A stretch of DNA of 10,519 nt from Trichoplax adhaerens. Its lineage: Eukaryota > Animalia > Placozoa. The notes below the pieces were generated by a model, which was given only the letters and a program-made list of their open reading frames with translations, searched no databases and was not told where the DNA came from. The stretch spans positions 3,913-14,431 of the forward strand of contig NW_002061054.1 in assembly GCF_000150275.1 (NCBI RefSeq). The letters run 5' to 3'. Positions within the stretch are counted from its first letter, which is position 1. The number at the start of each line of letters is the position of its first letter. This document shows, in pieces, positions 1-8,714 of this stretch. Position numbers and translations under genes: made by a program.

Positions 1-6
1 TAATTT

Positions 7-244
7 CTAAAAGCAGTGATCACCAGTTTCCATATTGGATTGCCCTGGTCCGCCAAAACTGAAGTATTTTAATTTGATCTCATTGAAAACCACATTTCCT
101 ATAGATGATCCCGCAACCACTGATATGAATAACCAAACGTTGTATGACATAGTAACCAACATCATAAAATATGCAAGTGTTATCTGCATTATTTGTAGTA
201 TCAGGTGCATGAATATAGTCGTAAAAGGTAAATTCATGCAATAG
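7..244 (-). CDS. SLC31A1: Ctr/SLC31 copper transporter, copy A, last coding exon (TM2 + TM3 + C-tail)
   Basis: Translation (R)YCMNLPFTTIFMHLILQIMQITLAYFMMLVTMSYNVWLFISVVAGSSIGNVVF...ETGDHCF*. It contains the Ctr TM2 MxxxM motif (MLVTM) followed by SYN, the TM3 GxxxG (GSSIG) and a C-terminal DHC. On the minus strand a pyrimidine tract and acceptor (ttttacttttatcgcccctttttag) end at 245, giving a phase-2 start at 244. Stop TAG at 9..7. The ORF-track extension 245-324 is intronic. SLC31A1 versus SLC31A2 orthology is not resolved. Confidence 0.9.
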
Positions 245-535
245 CTAAAAAGGGGCGATAAAAGTAAAATTCTCAGTTTGTTACTAAACATTTTTACAGC
301 TATTGATTGCTGAAATATTGTCAATTGTGTAAAAAGGACATGGTATGAAATTACCGCATAATTTACGCCTATTGTGTGAGACTCGAAGGCATGATAATAA
401 TTTTTATGCAGGTGTCAGCAATAGAATAAGTATTCAATTAACTGGATATTAATGTATATACACTGAATATTGCAGTATGCTTAGAAGAATGAATTAGTAT
501 TTGATGTTTGCGATTAAGCTACTTTTCGATCTTAC

Positions 536-701
536 CGTTTACGTCTTCTAGTAGTATTATTCATCACTAGAGGAGAATAACTATGAACTCTATGCGACTT
601 CTGCAGGCGTTGACGTTTAAGTACGTAATATTCTTTTAACAGCTTTATACCCTCGTACATAAATGATAACGCAAACCAAGCTAAGGTCGTGCCAATTAAA
701 C
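536..701 (-). CDS. SLC31A1: Ctr/SLC31 copper transporter, copy A, middle coding exon (TM1 + cytoplasmic loop)
   Basis: The 166-bp exon reads (G)LIGTTLAWFALSFMYEGIKLLKEYYVLKRQRLQKSHRVHSYSPLVMNNTTRRRK(R). YEGIK is the conserved Ctr YEGLK motif after TM1. Acceptor ataag| precedes 701 (phase 1). Donor CG|GTAAGA follows 536 (phase 2), matching the phase of the exon at 244. Confidence 0.88.
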
Positions 702-1212
702 CTTATCGGATAAATAAATCAAAGATGTAACAGGTTAAGCAACTTGAAGTATTTGATTGAATTTCGCAAACCAGATTAGGTTATGTTATTCATTTATAAC
801 TCATTATGTAATATAATTGTTCTTTACACTAAAATGGCTAGTTGAATTTAAGCATTGAACAAGTAGTTGATGTGGTACTTATTCAACGAGTATTTAAAAC
901 ATTCAAAATTTAAGATATGATATTTCTAAATAGTTATGTGATTTCGATATGTTCGGACTCTATGACATATCGTTGAACATCACGCCAAACACATAGTCAT
1001 TACTAAATTAAAAATATCTATATACTTTATTATCCTATCATTAGTGCCATCTATGCGGTCATGCAGTACATTGAAAACTAAATGCCTCTACGATCAACAC
1101 GATGCGGAGATGATTCAGGATCAAAATAGGCTTTATTATTTATTTTAACCATGCACAACAACGGGAGGGATTGAGATAGAGACCACGAGATAGTGAAGCA
1201 TGAGCTGTTTTC

Positions 1213-2184
1213 TACAGCTAAAGACAGTACTGTACATACTGTTTAATAGTCGCTATCGAACTTAGAGTACCGTCAAACTGATATTAACTAAACCTATCTT
1301 TATCAGTAGGAGTATAAGTGCAATAGATACCTTGTCATCAAAATCAGCACAAGTAAATACAGTACCTTAACGCATGTCAGCGCATCTATGTTGATACAAT
1401 ATATTACAATTAGCTTATAAATTCAAGTAATTTAATATACAGTACAGTACAGTACAGTCCAGCACTGTAACCCTACAGTACTGTACAGCACAAAGTACTA
1501 GTGTACAATGTACTGTATATTACAGTCACTGGAGGTTTGCATGGTCTGGTCTACTGTAGTCTAGTTGAATACTGTGAGTCAGTGCGTTTAATCTACAGTA
1601 CTGCATTGGGATTTTCAAAGCCCCTTTTGAGTCAAAATATGAATTGTTGGTTGTGATTGAGTTGTAGAAACTAAATTTCAGATCGGGCTACGCCAAGAAC
1701 AGTAAATTCTGTCAGGGACTTCTAATAAGGGGAATTTCTTCTTTAAAAAGTCCTGATTCCGTCGCTGTAAATCTTTGCTTACTATGATACAGAGCTGACA
1801 TTGACCAGGCAGACCAGATAGAGTGCATCGTTAATACAGTGCAGTGCAGTATATTGATTTACTGTATTTATTGAATCCACACAATACAGAACAGTAAATT
1901 CCGTCAGGGACTTCTAATAAGGGGAATTTCCTCTTTAAAAAGTCCTGATTCCGTCGCTGCAAATCTTTGCTTACTATGATACAGAGCTAACATTGACCAG
2001 GCAGACCAGATAGAGTGCATCGTTAATACTGTACAGTACTGTATATTGATTTACAGTATTTATTGAATCCACACAATACAGTACTGTACAGTACTGTACA
2101 GTACATACTGTATCATCGTTTAAGCTAATGTATTTACTATGAGTATCTGAGTAATCGTGGTGTACAGTACAGCACAATACTGTA
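1213..2184. repeat. Cluster of TA(CAG/CTG)TA motifs and (TACWG)n arrays; putative Tc1/mariner excision footprints
   Basis: More than 20 TACAGTA/TACTGTA heptamers in about 1 kb, e.g. 1228, 1358, 1438-1457, 1474-1485, 1511, 1552, 1594, 1860, 2052, 2077-2103, 2163, 2178. Several correspond to a bare TA in the paralogous copies. Confidence 0.7.
1696..2080. repeat. 192-bp direct tandem duplication specific to copy A (units 1696-1887 and 1888-~2080)
   Basis: agaacagtaaatt(c/t)...gaatccacacaatac occurs twice with a 192-bp offset. It is single-copy in B (~5890-6080) and C (~9684-9875). Confidence 0.95.
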
Positions 2185-2569
2185 GGCTCGTACGATACGG
2201 TCGTTCATAACGGCTCATAATTTTTAACTAAATCTCGTGAAATCCATGGAAACCATTCATCCAAATTTGCAATGTGGCAATCACATGATTTTCTCTGCAA
2301 TATTTTTTATTATTAAGTTATTTGTTTACTTGTACGTGATGTGCCCTCTGTCTACAATCTCTTTCCTTCACTTTTAATTAAGACACAGAGTAAAAGTTTA
2401 AACAAACAAAAGAGTCTAAAATTTCAAAAAATGTCCGGACAATAGAGTTGGAAGCACTTCAAATGATTACAATACTGTCGCTAACTGTTGTCAATCGACA
2501 TTACGTCAAGTAAAAAAAAGCTTATAGCACGTGTTCCTCGTTAAGTGTACTAAGGCTATTTACAATAGG

Positions 2570-2576
2570 TGCACTC
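2570..2576 (+). promoter_or_regulatory. Candidate metal-response element core (TGCRCNC) in the divergent Ctr/EPDR intergenic region
   Basis: TGCACTC at 2570-2576 is conserved in copy B (6487-6493). The same 9-mer TGCACTCTA lies on the minus strand around 1821-1827, 2013-2019, 6015-6021 and 9809-9815. Motif match only. Confidence 0.25.
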
Positions 2577-2789
2577 TACAAGGTAGCTAAGCTGCTCAAC
2601 CTATAGTACTGCAGCGTATGCTCGGTAATTTGAAGGATTTTTAACCTTAATTTAAGTTGAAAGCTTTCTTAATAAGCAAACAATAGCCTCAGTTAGCTTT
2701 AAATATACTACAGAGCTTCAAATAAAATTCACTTCTTCCTGAATTGCTTTGAGTTTGTTATCGACTCTACTTTTAAATAAAACACAGAT

Positions 2790-3563
2790 ATGTATCGTTT
2801 TTTGATTCTTGTCTCTCTCGTTGGTATTGCTATTGCAACTGCACCTAAACCATGCTGTACACCAAAGCAATGGGAAGGTGTTGTTGAAACAGCCGACATG
2901 AATGTCGTTGGAAGCGGAAAAACTGCTATGAACTCGACCTTTCGCGTTTTAATGCATATTTCATATGATTACCAAAATAGCAAGATTAGAGTTGATCAGG
3001 ACATATATCTAACTGGTGGTAAGACAGTCCATCATACAGTCATCGGCGACTATAAGAAAGGAAAGCTCTATTCTATTCTCAACGGCCATTGCCTCTCAGC
3101 TTCCATCAAATCACCAATGCCCGAGGCCTGCGTTCCTGAGATCGCTACTTTTTATATGGCAGGTACGCTTGGAGCTACATTAAAGTATAATACCTTCGCT
3201 TATTCCAAAAAAGATGGATCCTTGGGAGCGATAATTGATGTATCTGCAACGGGTTGCATTCCAATTGCCGTATTAGCTTTCCAGAAAGCAAAGATGCAGG
3301 GTAAAGCTATTACCAAATATAAAGCAGCTTGGTTCAAGAACATTACTGCAGGAATCAAAGACTCCTCAGTTTTCGACAAGCCGAAAGAATGCAAGCCCAT
3401 TGGAGATTCGGAAAATATCGTTGTTGACTTTGATTACTTGAAGTACTTCCAGTCTCGTCTCTTTACGGTATCTAGAGAAAATAAGATGTACTTACAGGAA
3501 TCCATTGAAGATCTCTTCCGCAAAGACTCCGTTAGACGCTTGCATGAAACATTCCTATTTTAG
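2790..3563 (+). CDS. EPDR1: Ependymin-related protein (EPDR/MERP family), secreted/lysosomal, 257 aa, intronless; copy A
   Basis: Signal peptide MYRFLILVSLVGIAIA. Family N-terminal motif PKPCCTPKQWEG, then ISYDYQNSKIR, GDYKKGKLY, conserved Cys in GHCL, EACVP and TGCIPI, and the C-terminal FKNITAGIKDSSVFDKPKEC motif. N-glycosylation sequons NST and NIT. The symbol denotes family only. Confidence 0.92.
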   Translation: MYRFLILVSLVGIAIATAPKPCCTPKQWEGVVETADMNVVGSGKTAMNSTFRVLMHISYDYQNSKIRVDQDIYLTGGKTVHHTVIGDYKKGKLYSILNGHCLSASIKSPMPEACVPEIATFYMAGTLGATLKYNTFAYSKKDGSLGAIIDVSATGCIPIAVLAFQKAKMQGKAITKYKAAWFKNITAGIKDSSVFDKPKECKPIGDSENIVVDFDYLKYFQSRLFTVSRENKMYLQESIEDLFRKDSVRRLHETFLF

Positions 3564-4566
3564 GCTGTCATAAACAATACTTGTACTAACAGCAAAGTAG
3601 ATCAGCTCGAATGATGAATCATATCTACATATACTATACAAGGCTACTCGATTCGGTGTGTAATACCTATATCTCCAAAATAGCTTACCTGTACAACCTA
3701 GACGTCCAGAATAATCTAATTGTAATGTAGTGTAGCGTTTGTAGGACGTTGTGATATGAGTAATAAGATGCTATCATCATCATATGTTCAACATTGCTGT
3801 ATAAATGTCAGCTACGAGATATATCAGCGCTGAAGTATTTTTAACATGTGTCTATGAGTCCCTATTATAATTATTAGACTGTAGATAATTTTAAATATAA
3901 GAGATATGGATGGGTACTGTTAAAGCAAAATAAAATATGTTTTAAAAAAAAGATATGAATATTTCTTTAAAAATAACATGGAATAGTTAAAGCAAATTAT
4001 TAGAAGCTTTTACAAACATAATGATTGTAAACTGCGAAGGCGATGGAATGCTGTGAATAATCGATTAGCAATTGTAATTTAACCGGAAGTAAACGCAGTA
4101 CATACTCGTACGTGTTGTTCATAGTTAGTACGTGGCACGTAAACAAGCGTGCCTAATTCGCTTGTTTCGTAGTAATTGCATGAGAACAGTTTAGAAATAC
4201 AAATAATATATGATTGTTATCCGTTAAGCGCTTACATCGGTTACTTCAATATTTAAACTAAGTTACTTTAAATTTTTAGTATTGCAACTACCATAGCGGC
4301 TTCAGGGTTTACGTTACCTCTTTATGCTTTCTGTGTTAAGCTACCTATAGATTTAAGACCTATCTGTGATTTTATAACACTATATAGTATTTAGAAAGAT
4401 GCTTAAATCGCCGCCATTTCTTTCTGTTAGATGTATTGGAAAGTACAAAAGACCACAATATGACATATTAGCATGTTTCATATACCAATAAAGATTTCCA
4501 TGTTAAGAAGATAAATCCGACCGCTTGATAACGAGTCAATAAATTACGAGGATGGCTTTTGATAAC

Positions 4567-4616
4567 NNNNNNNNNNNNNNNNNNNNNNNNNNNNNNNNNN
4601 NNNNNNNNNNNNNNNN
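4567..4616. other. Assembly gap (50 N, placeholder size)
   Basis: Run of N. If copy B is complete, the gap must hide at least ~1.2 kb including Ctr exons 2-3. Confidence 0.99.
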
Positions 4617-4923
4617 ACAGCTAAAGACTGTACATTACTGTACTGTATATACTGTTTAATAGTCACTATCGAACTTAGAGTACCGTCAAACTGATATTAA
4701 CTAAACCTATCTTTATCAGTAGGAGTATAAGTGCAACAGATACCTTGTCACCAAAATTAGCACAAGTAAATACCTTAACGCATGTCAGCGCATCTATGTT
4801 GATACAATATATTACAATTAGCTTATAAATTCAAGTAATTTAATATACTGTACTGTAAAGGGTTCGAAGGGAAAATATAATTATATAATGAATGTTACCA
4901 TATATCAGTACATGTAATTTTAC

Positions 4924-5002
4924 CTCCAGCGGTTTTAACATTCCAAGACTGGAATAACACGATCACTTTGTTACCGAAATGGAAAAACATGTGCATCATC
5001 AT
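4924..5002 (-). CDS. SLC31A1: Ctr/SLC31 copper transporter, copy B, first coding exon
   Basis: caccATG start. Reads MMMHMFFHFGNKVIVLFQSWNVKTAG(G), the Ctr M-x-F-x-F-G...LF..W.V...G N-terminal motif. Phase-1 donor G|GTAAAA matches the phase-1 acceptor of exon 2. An upstream ctaat...tttctttcatgtctctag acceptor near 5052 suggests a 5'UTR intron. Confidence 0.87.
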
Positions 5003-6701
5003 GGTGAAATTGATAATACAGTCAACATAATCAGCTTGATGTAGTTTTCTGCTAGAGACATGAAAGAAATAAGAGATTAGTACGTTGTAAAATTACAAGT
5101 GGAATCAATCCATCGAACGCGCAATATTCTCCTCTAGAAGTTGTTTGTTCGTTTACCGTTATGATTACTAATACGTTGGTGTATCAGTCAATCTTGACAG
5201 CATCGATCATGGAGATAAGAATAAAGATTAAAGTGAAAACGCTATCATTCACATCATCTAATAATCTGTATAACTTGAGTTCGATGTAAAATGCTTCGTT
5301 GTGCCAAACTGTACAGAAATTCTTCTAAGTATTCTACGTCGAAATAGTATAATAACCAAGTCATACAAAATGCATCAATATCAATGGAAGACTTATGTAG
5401 AAGAGAACTGTACAGTATAGTAATCTATGTAAAACAACTTGGCATGATTAACGTCTTTAAGATCAGAAATCAATTGGTTCATTTTATCTTATCTATTTAC
5501 ATAATTTAGATTAGCGATTGCTGTGACCGTTCGAAATTTTCCCTCAGGCTCAGCTCACGAGTGATAGGAATGGGATGGGACGGCACAACGGCTTCGGCAC
5601 CTTTATACTGTAATGGATAGCAATGAGCAAGAGAAGTACGTACTGTACGGTACGGATATAGTACAGTATACAGTACAAAGTACTAGTGTACAATGTACTG
5701 TAAAATACAGTCACTAGAGGTCTGCATGGTCTGGTCTGGTCTTGTCTAGTTGAATACTGTGAGAGTGTGAGTCAGTGCGTTTAATCTACAGCATTGGGAT
5801 TTTCAAAGCCCTTTTAAGTCAAAATATGAATTGTTGGTTGTGATGGAGTTGTGTCTTGAAGAAACTAAATTTCAGATCGGGCTACGCCAAGAACAGTAAA
5901 TTCCGTCAGGGACTTCTAATAAGGGGAATTTCTTCTTTAAAAAGTCCTAATTCTGTCGTTGCAAATCTTTACTTACTATGATACAGAGCTGACATTGACC
6001 AGGCAGACCAGATAGAGTGCATCGTTAATACAGTCAGTGCAGTATATTGATTTACTGTATTTATTGAATCCACACAATACAGTACTGTACATACTGTATC
6101 ATCGTTTAAGCTAATGTACTTACTATGAGTATCTGAGTAATCGTGGTGATTATGTACCGTGGTGTAATTCATCCAAATTTGCAATGTGGCAATCACACGA
6201 TTTTCTCTCCTATAATTTTTATTATTAATTTATTTACTTGTACGTGATATGCCCTTTGTCTACAATCTCTTTCCTGAACTTTTAATTAAGACACCGAGTA
6301 AAAGTTCAAACAAACAAAAGAATCTAAAATTTCAAAAAATGTCCAGACAATAGAGTTGACAGCACTTCAAATGATTACAATACTGTCGCTAACTGTTATC
6401 AATCGACATTACGTCAAGTAAAAAAAAAGGTTACAGGCTTACAGCGCGTATTCCTCGTTAAGTGTACTAAGGCTATTTACAATTGGTGCACTCTACAAGG
6501 TAGCTAAGCTGCTCAATCTATAGTACTGCAGCGTATGCTCGGTAGTTTGAAGGATTTTCAAGCTTAAGTTGAAAGCCTTCTTAATAAGCAAATAATAGCC
6601 TCAGTTAGCTTTAAATACGCTACAGAGCTTCAAATAAAATTCACTTCTCCCTGAATTGCTTTGAGTTCGTTATCGACTCTACTTTCAAATAAAACACAGA
6701 C

Positions 6702-7432
6702 ATGTATCGTTTTTTGATTCTTGTCTCTCTCGTTGGTATTGCTATTGCAACTGCACCTAAACCATGCTGTACACCAAAGCAATGGGAAGGTGTTGTTGAA
6801 ACAGCCGACATGAATGTCGTTGGAAGCGGAAAAACTGCTATGAACTCGACCTTTCGCGTTTTAATGCATATTTCATATGATTACCAAAATAGCAAGATTA
6901 GAGTTGATCAGGACATATATCTAACTGGTGGTAAGACAGTCCATCATACAGTCATCGGCGACTATAAGAAAGGAAAGCTCTATTCTATTCTCAACGGCCA
7001 TTGCCTCTCAGCTTCCATCAAATCACCAATGCCCGAGGCCTGCGTTCCTGAGATCGCTACTTTTTATATGGCAGGTACGCTTGGAGCTACATTAAAGTAT
7101 AATACCTTCGCTTATTCCAAAAAAGATGGATCCTTGGGAGCGATAATTGATGTATCTGCAACGGGTTGCATTCCAATTGCCGTATTAGCTTTCCAGAAAG
7201 CAAAGATGCAGGGTAAAGCTATTACCAAATATAAAGCAGCTTGGTTCAAGAACATTACTGCAGGAATCAAAGACTCCTCAGTTTTCGACAAGCCGAAAGA
7301 ATGCAAGCCCATTGGAGATTCGGAAAATATCGTTGTTGACTTTGATTACTTGAAGTACTTCCAGTCTCGTCTCTTTACGGTATCTAGAGAAAATAAGATG
7401 TACTTACAGGAATCCATTGAAGATCTCTTCCG
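6702..7432 (+). CDS. EPDR1: Ependymin-related protein, copy B; 3' end lost in assembly gap
   Basis: Appears nucleotide-identical to 2790-3520 up to the N run. The ORF-track tail ...XXXAIDC comes from reading through the gap. Confidence 0.88.
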
Positions 7433-7482
7433 NNNNNNNNNNNNNNNNNNNNNNNNNNNNNNNNNNNNNNNNNNNNNNNNNN
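7433..7482. other. Assembly gap (50 N, placeholder size)
   Basis: Run of N. Expected to contain the end of EPDR-B and the last exon of Ctr-C. Confidence 0.99.
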
Positions 7483-7728
7483 CAGCTATTGATTGCTGAA
7501 ATATTGTCAATTGTGTAAAAAAGACATGGTATGAAATTACCGCATAATTTACGCCTATTATCTGAGACTCGAAGGCATGATAATAAATTTTATGCAGGTG
7601 TACACCAGCAATAGAATAAGTATTCAATTAACTGGATATTAATGTATGTATACACTGAATATTGCAGTATGCTTAGAAGAATGAATTAGTATTTGATGTT
7701 TTGCGATTAAGCTACTTTTCGATCTTAC

Positions 7729-7894
7729 CGTTTAGGTCTTCTAATAGTATTATCCGCCACTATAGGGGAATAACTATGAACTCTATGCAACTTCTGTAGG
7801 CGTTGGCGTTTAAGTACGTAATATTCTTTTAACAGCTTTATACCCTCGTACATAAATGATAACGCAAACCAAGCTAAGGTCGTGCCAATTAAAC
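7729..7894 (-). CDS. SLC31A1: Ctr/SLC31 copper transporter, copy C, middle coding exon
   Basis: 166 bp with the same splice sites as 536-701. Reads (G)LIGTTLAWFALSFMYEGIKLLKEYYVLKRQRLQKLHRVHSYSPIVADNTIRRPK(R). Confidence 0.88.
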
Positions 7895-8714
7895 CTTATC
7901 GGATAAATAAATCAAGGATATAACAGGTCTTTAAGCAACTTGAAGTATTTAATTGAATTTCCCAAACCAGATCATATTATGTTATTCATTTATAACTCAT
8001 TATATAATATAATTGTTCTTTGCACTAAAATGGCTAGTTGAATTGAATTTAAGCATTGAACAAGTAGTTGATGTGATACTTATTCAACGAGTATTTAAAA
8101 CATTCAAAATTTAAGAGATGACATTTCTAAATAGTTATGTGATTTCGATATGTTAGGACTCTAAGATATATCGTTGAACATCACGCCAAACACATAGTCA
8201 TTACTAAATTAAAAATATTTATTTACTTTATTATCCTATCATTAGTGCCATCTACAGTATGCGGTCATGCAGTACATTGAAAACTAAATGCCACTACGAT
8301 CAACACGATGCGGAGATGATTCAGGATCAAAATAGGCTTTATTTTAACCATGTACTACTACGAGAGGGATTGAGATAGAGACCACGAGATAGTGAAGCAT
8401 GGGCTGTTTTCTACTGTACAGCTAAAGACAGTACATACTGTTTAATAGTCACTATCGAACTTAGAGTACCGTCAAACTGATATTAACTAAACCTATCTTT
8501 ATCAGTAGTACTGTAGTATACAGTAAGTGCAACTGATACCATGTCATCAAAATTAGCACAAGAAAATACCTTAACGCATGTCAGCGCATCTATGTTGATA
8601 CAATATATTACAATTAGCTTATAAATTCAAGTAATTTAATATACTGTAAAGGGTTCGAAGGGAAAATGTAATTATATAATAAGTGCTACCATATATCAGT
8701 ACGTGTAACTTTAC

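Larger units (their letters stand above)
7..701 (-). pseudogene. Copy A Ctr gene, 5'-truncated (start exon deleted); probable pseudogene or N-terminally truncated variant
   Basis: Exons 2 and 3 are intact. The ~800-bp segment carrying the ATG exon in copies B (~4858-5650) and C (~8649-9440) is absent at the homologous position in A (~1438-1490). Confidence 0.55.
297..3520. repeat. Segmental tandem duplication, copy A (Ctr + EPDR unit)
   Basis: 297-~2080 aligns with 7483-~9878, and 1214-3520 aligns with 4617-7432. By eye, identity is roughly 90-96% outside the EPDR CDS, with many short indels. Confidence 0.95.
4617..7432. repeat. Segmental tandem duplication, copy B
   Basis: Aligns to 1214-3520 (plus an ~800-bp segment missing in A) and to ~8418-9878. 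Bounded by gaps on both sides. Confidence 0.95.

Noticed and set aside
35-244. 69-aa plus-strand ORF
   Set aside because: Antisense shadow of the Ctr last exon.
245-324. N-terminal part of ORF 7..324 (MTIFQQSIA...)
   Set aside because: Uses a non-ATG start and lies in intron 2, upstream of a clear splice acceptor.
1712-1756. Imperfect inverted repeat tcagggactt...aagtcctga as a structured RNA or MITE
   Set aside because: Short stem, and substitutions in copies B and C disrupt it without compensation.
1438-2103. CRISPR-like or telomeric interpretation of the TACAG repeats
   Set aside because: Eukaryotic context, 5-bp units, no repeat-spacer periodicity, and mixed orientation.
1974-2177. Cys/Thr/Val/Tyr-rich ORF (and its paralog 5969..6196)
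   Set aside because: Translation of (TACWG)n arrays. The frame is not conserved between copies.
2281-2288. TCACATGA MITF/TFEB-like site upstream of a lysosomal-type gene
   Set aside because: Single short motif, not conserved in copy B (tcacacga).
3200-3400. 66-aa minus ORF (also 7112..7312)
   Set aside because: Antisense to the EPDR CDS, with no independent support.
3468-3497. GT...AG 30-bp in-frame mini-intron in the EPDR tail
   Set aside because: Too short, no pyrimidine tract, and the frame is open through it.
4468-4566. Short open frame on the minus strand running out of the gap (VIKSHPRNLL...YETC*)
   Set aside because: Only about 32 codons, with no recognisable homology.
4858-5650. 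~800-bp B/C-specific segment as an inserted mobile element
   Set aside because: It has no TIRs or transposase and contains the essential Ctr start exon, so it is a deletion in A and not an insertion.
7346-7627. ORF spanning the N gap
   Set aside because: Artefact joining antisense EPDR sequence and Ctr intron across the gap.
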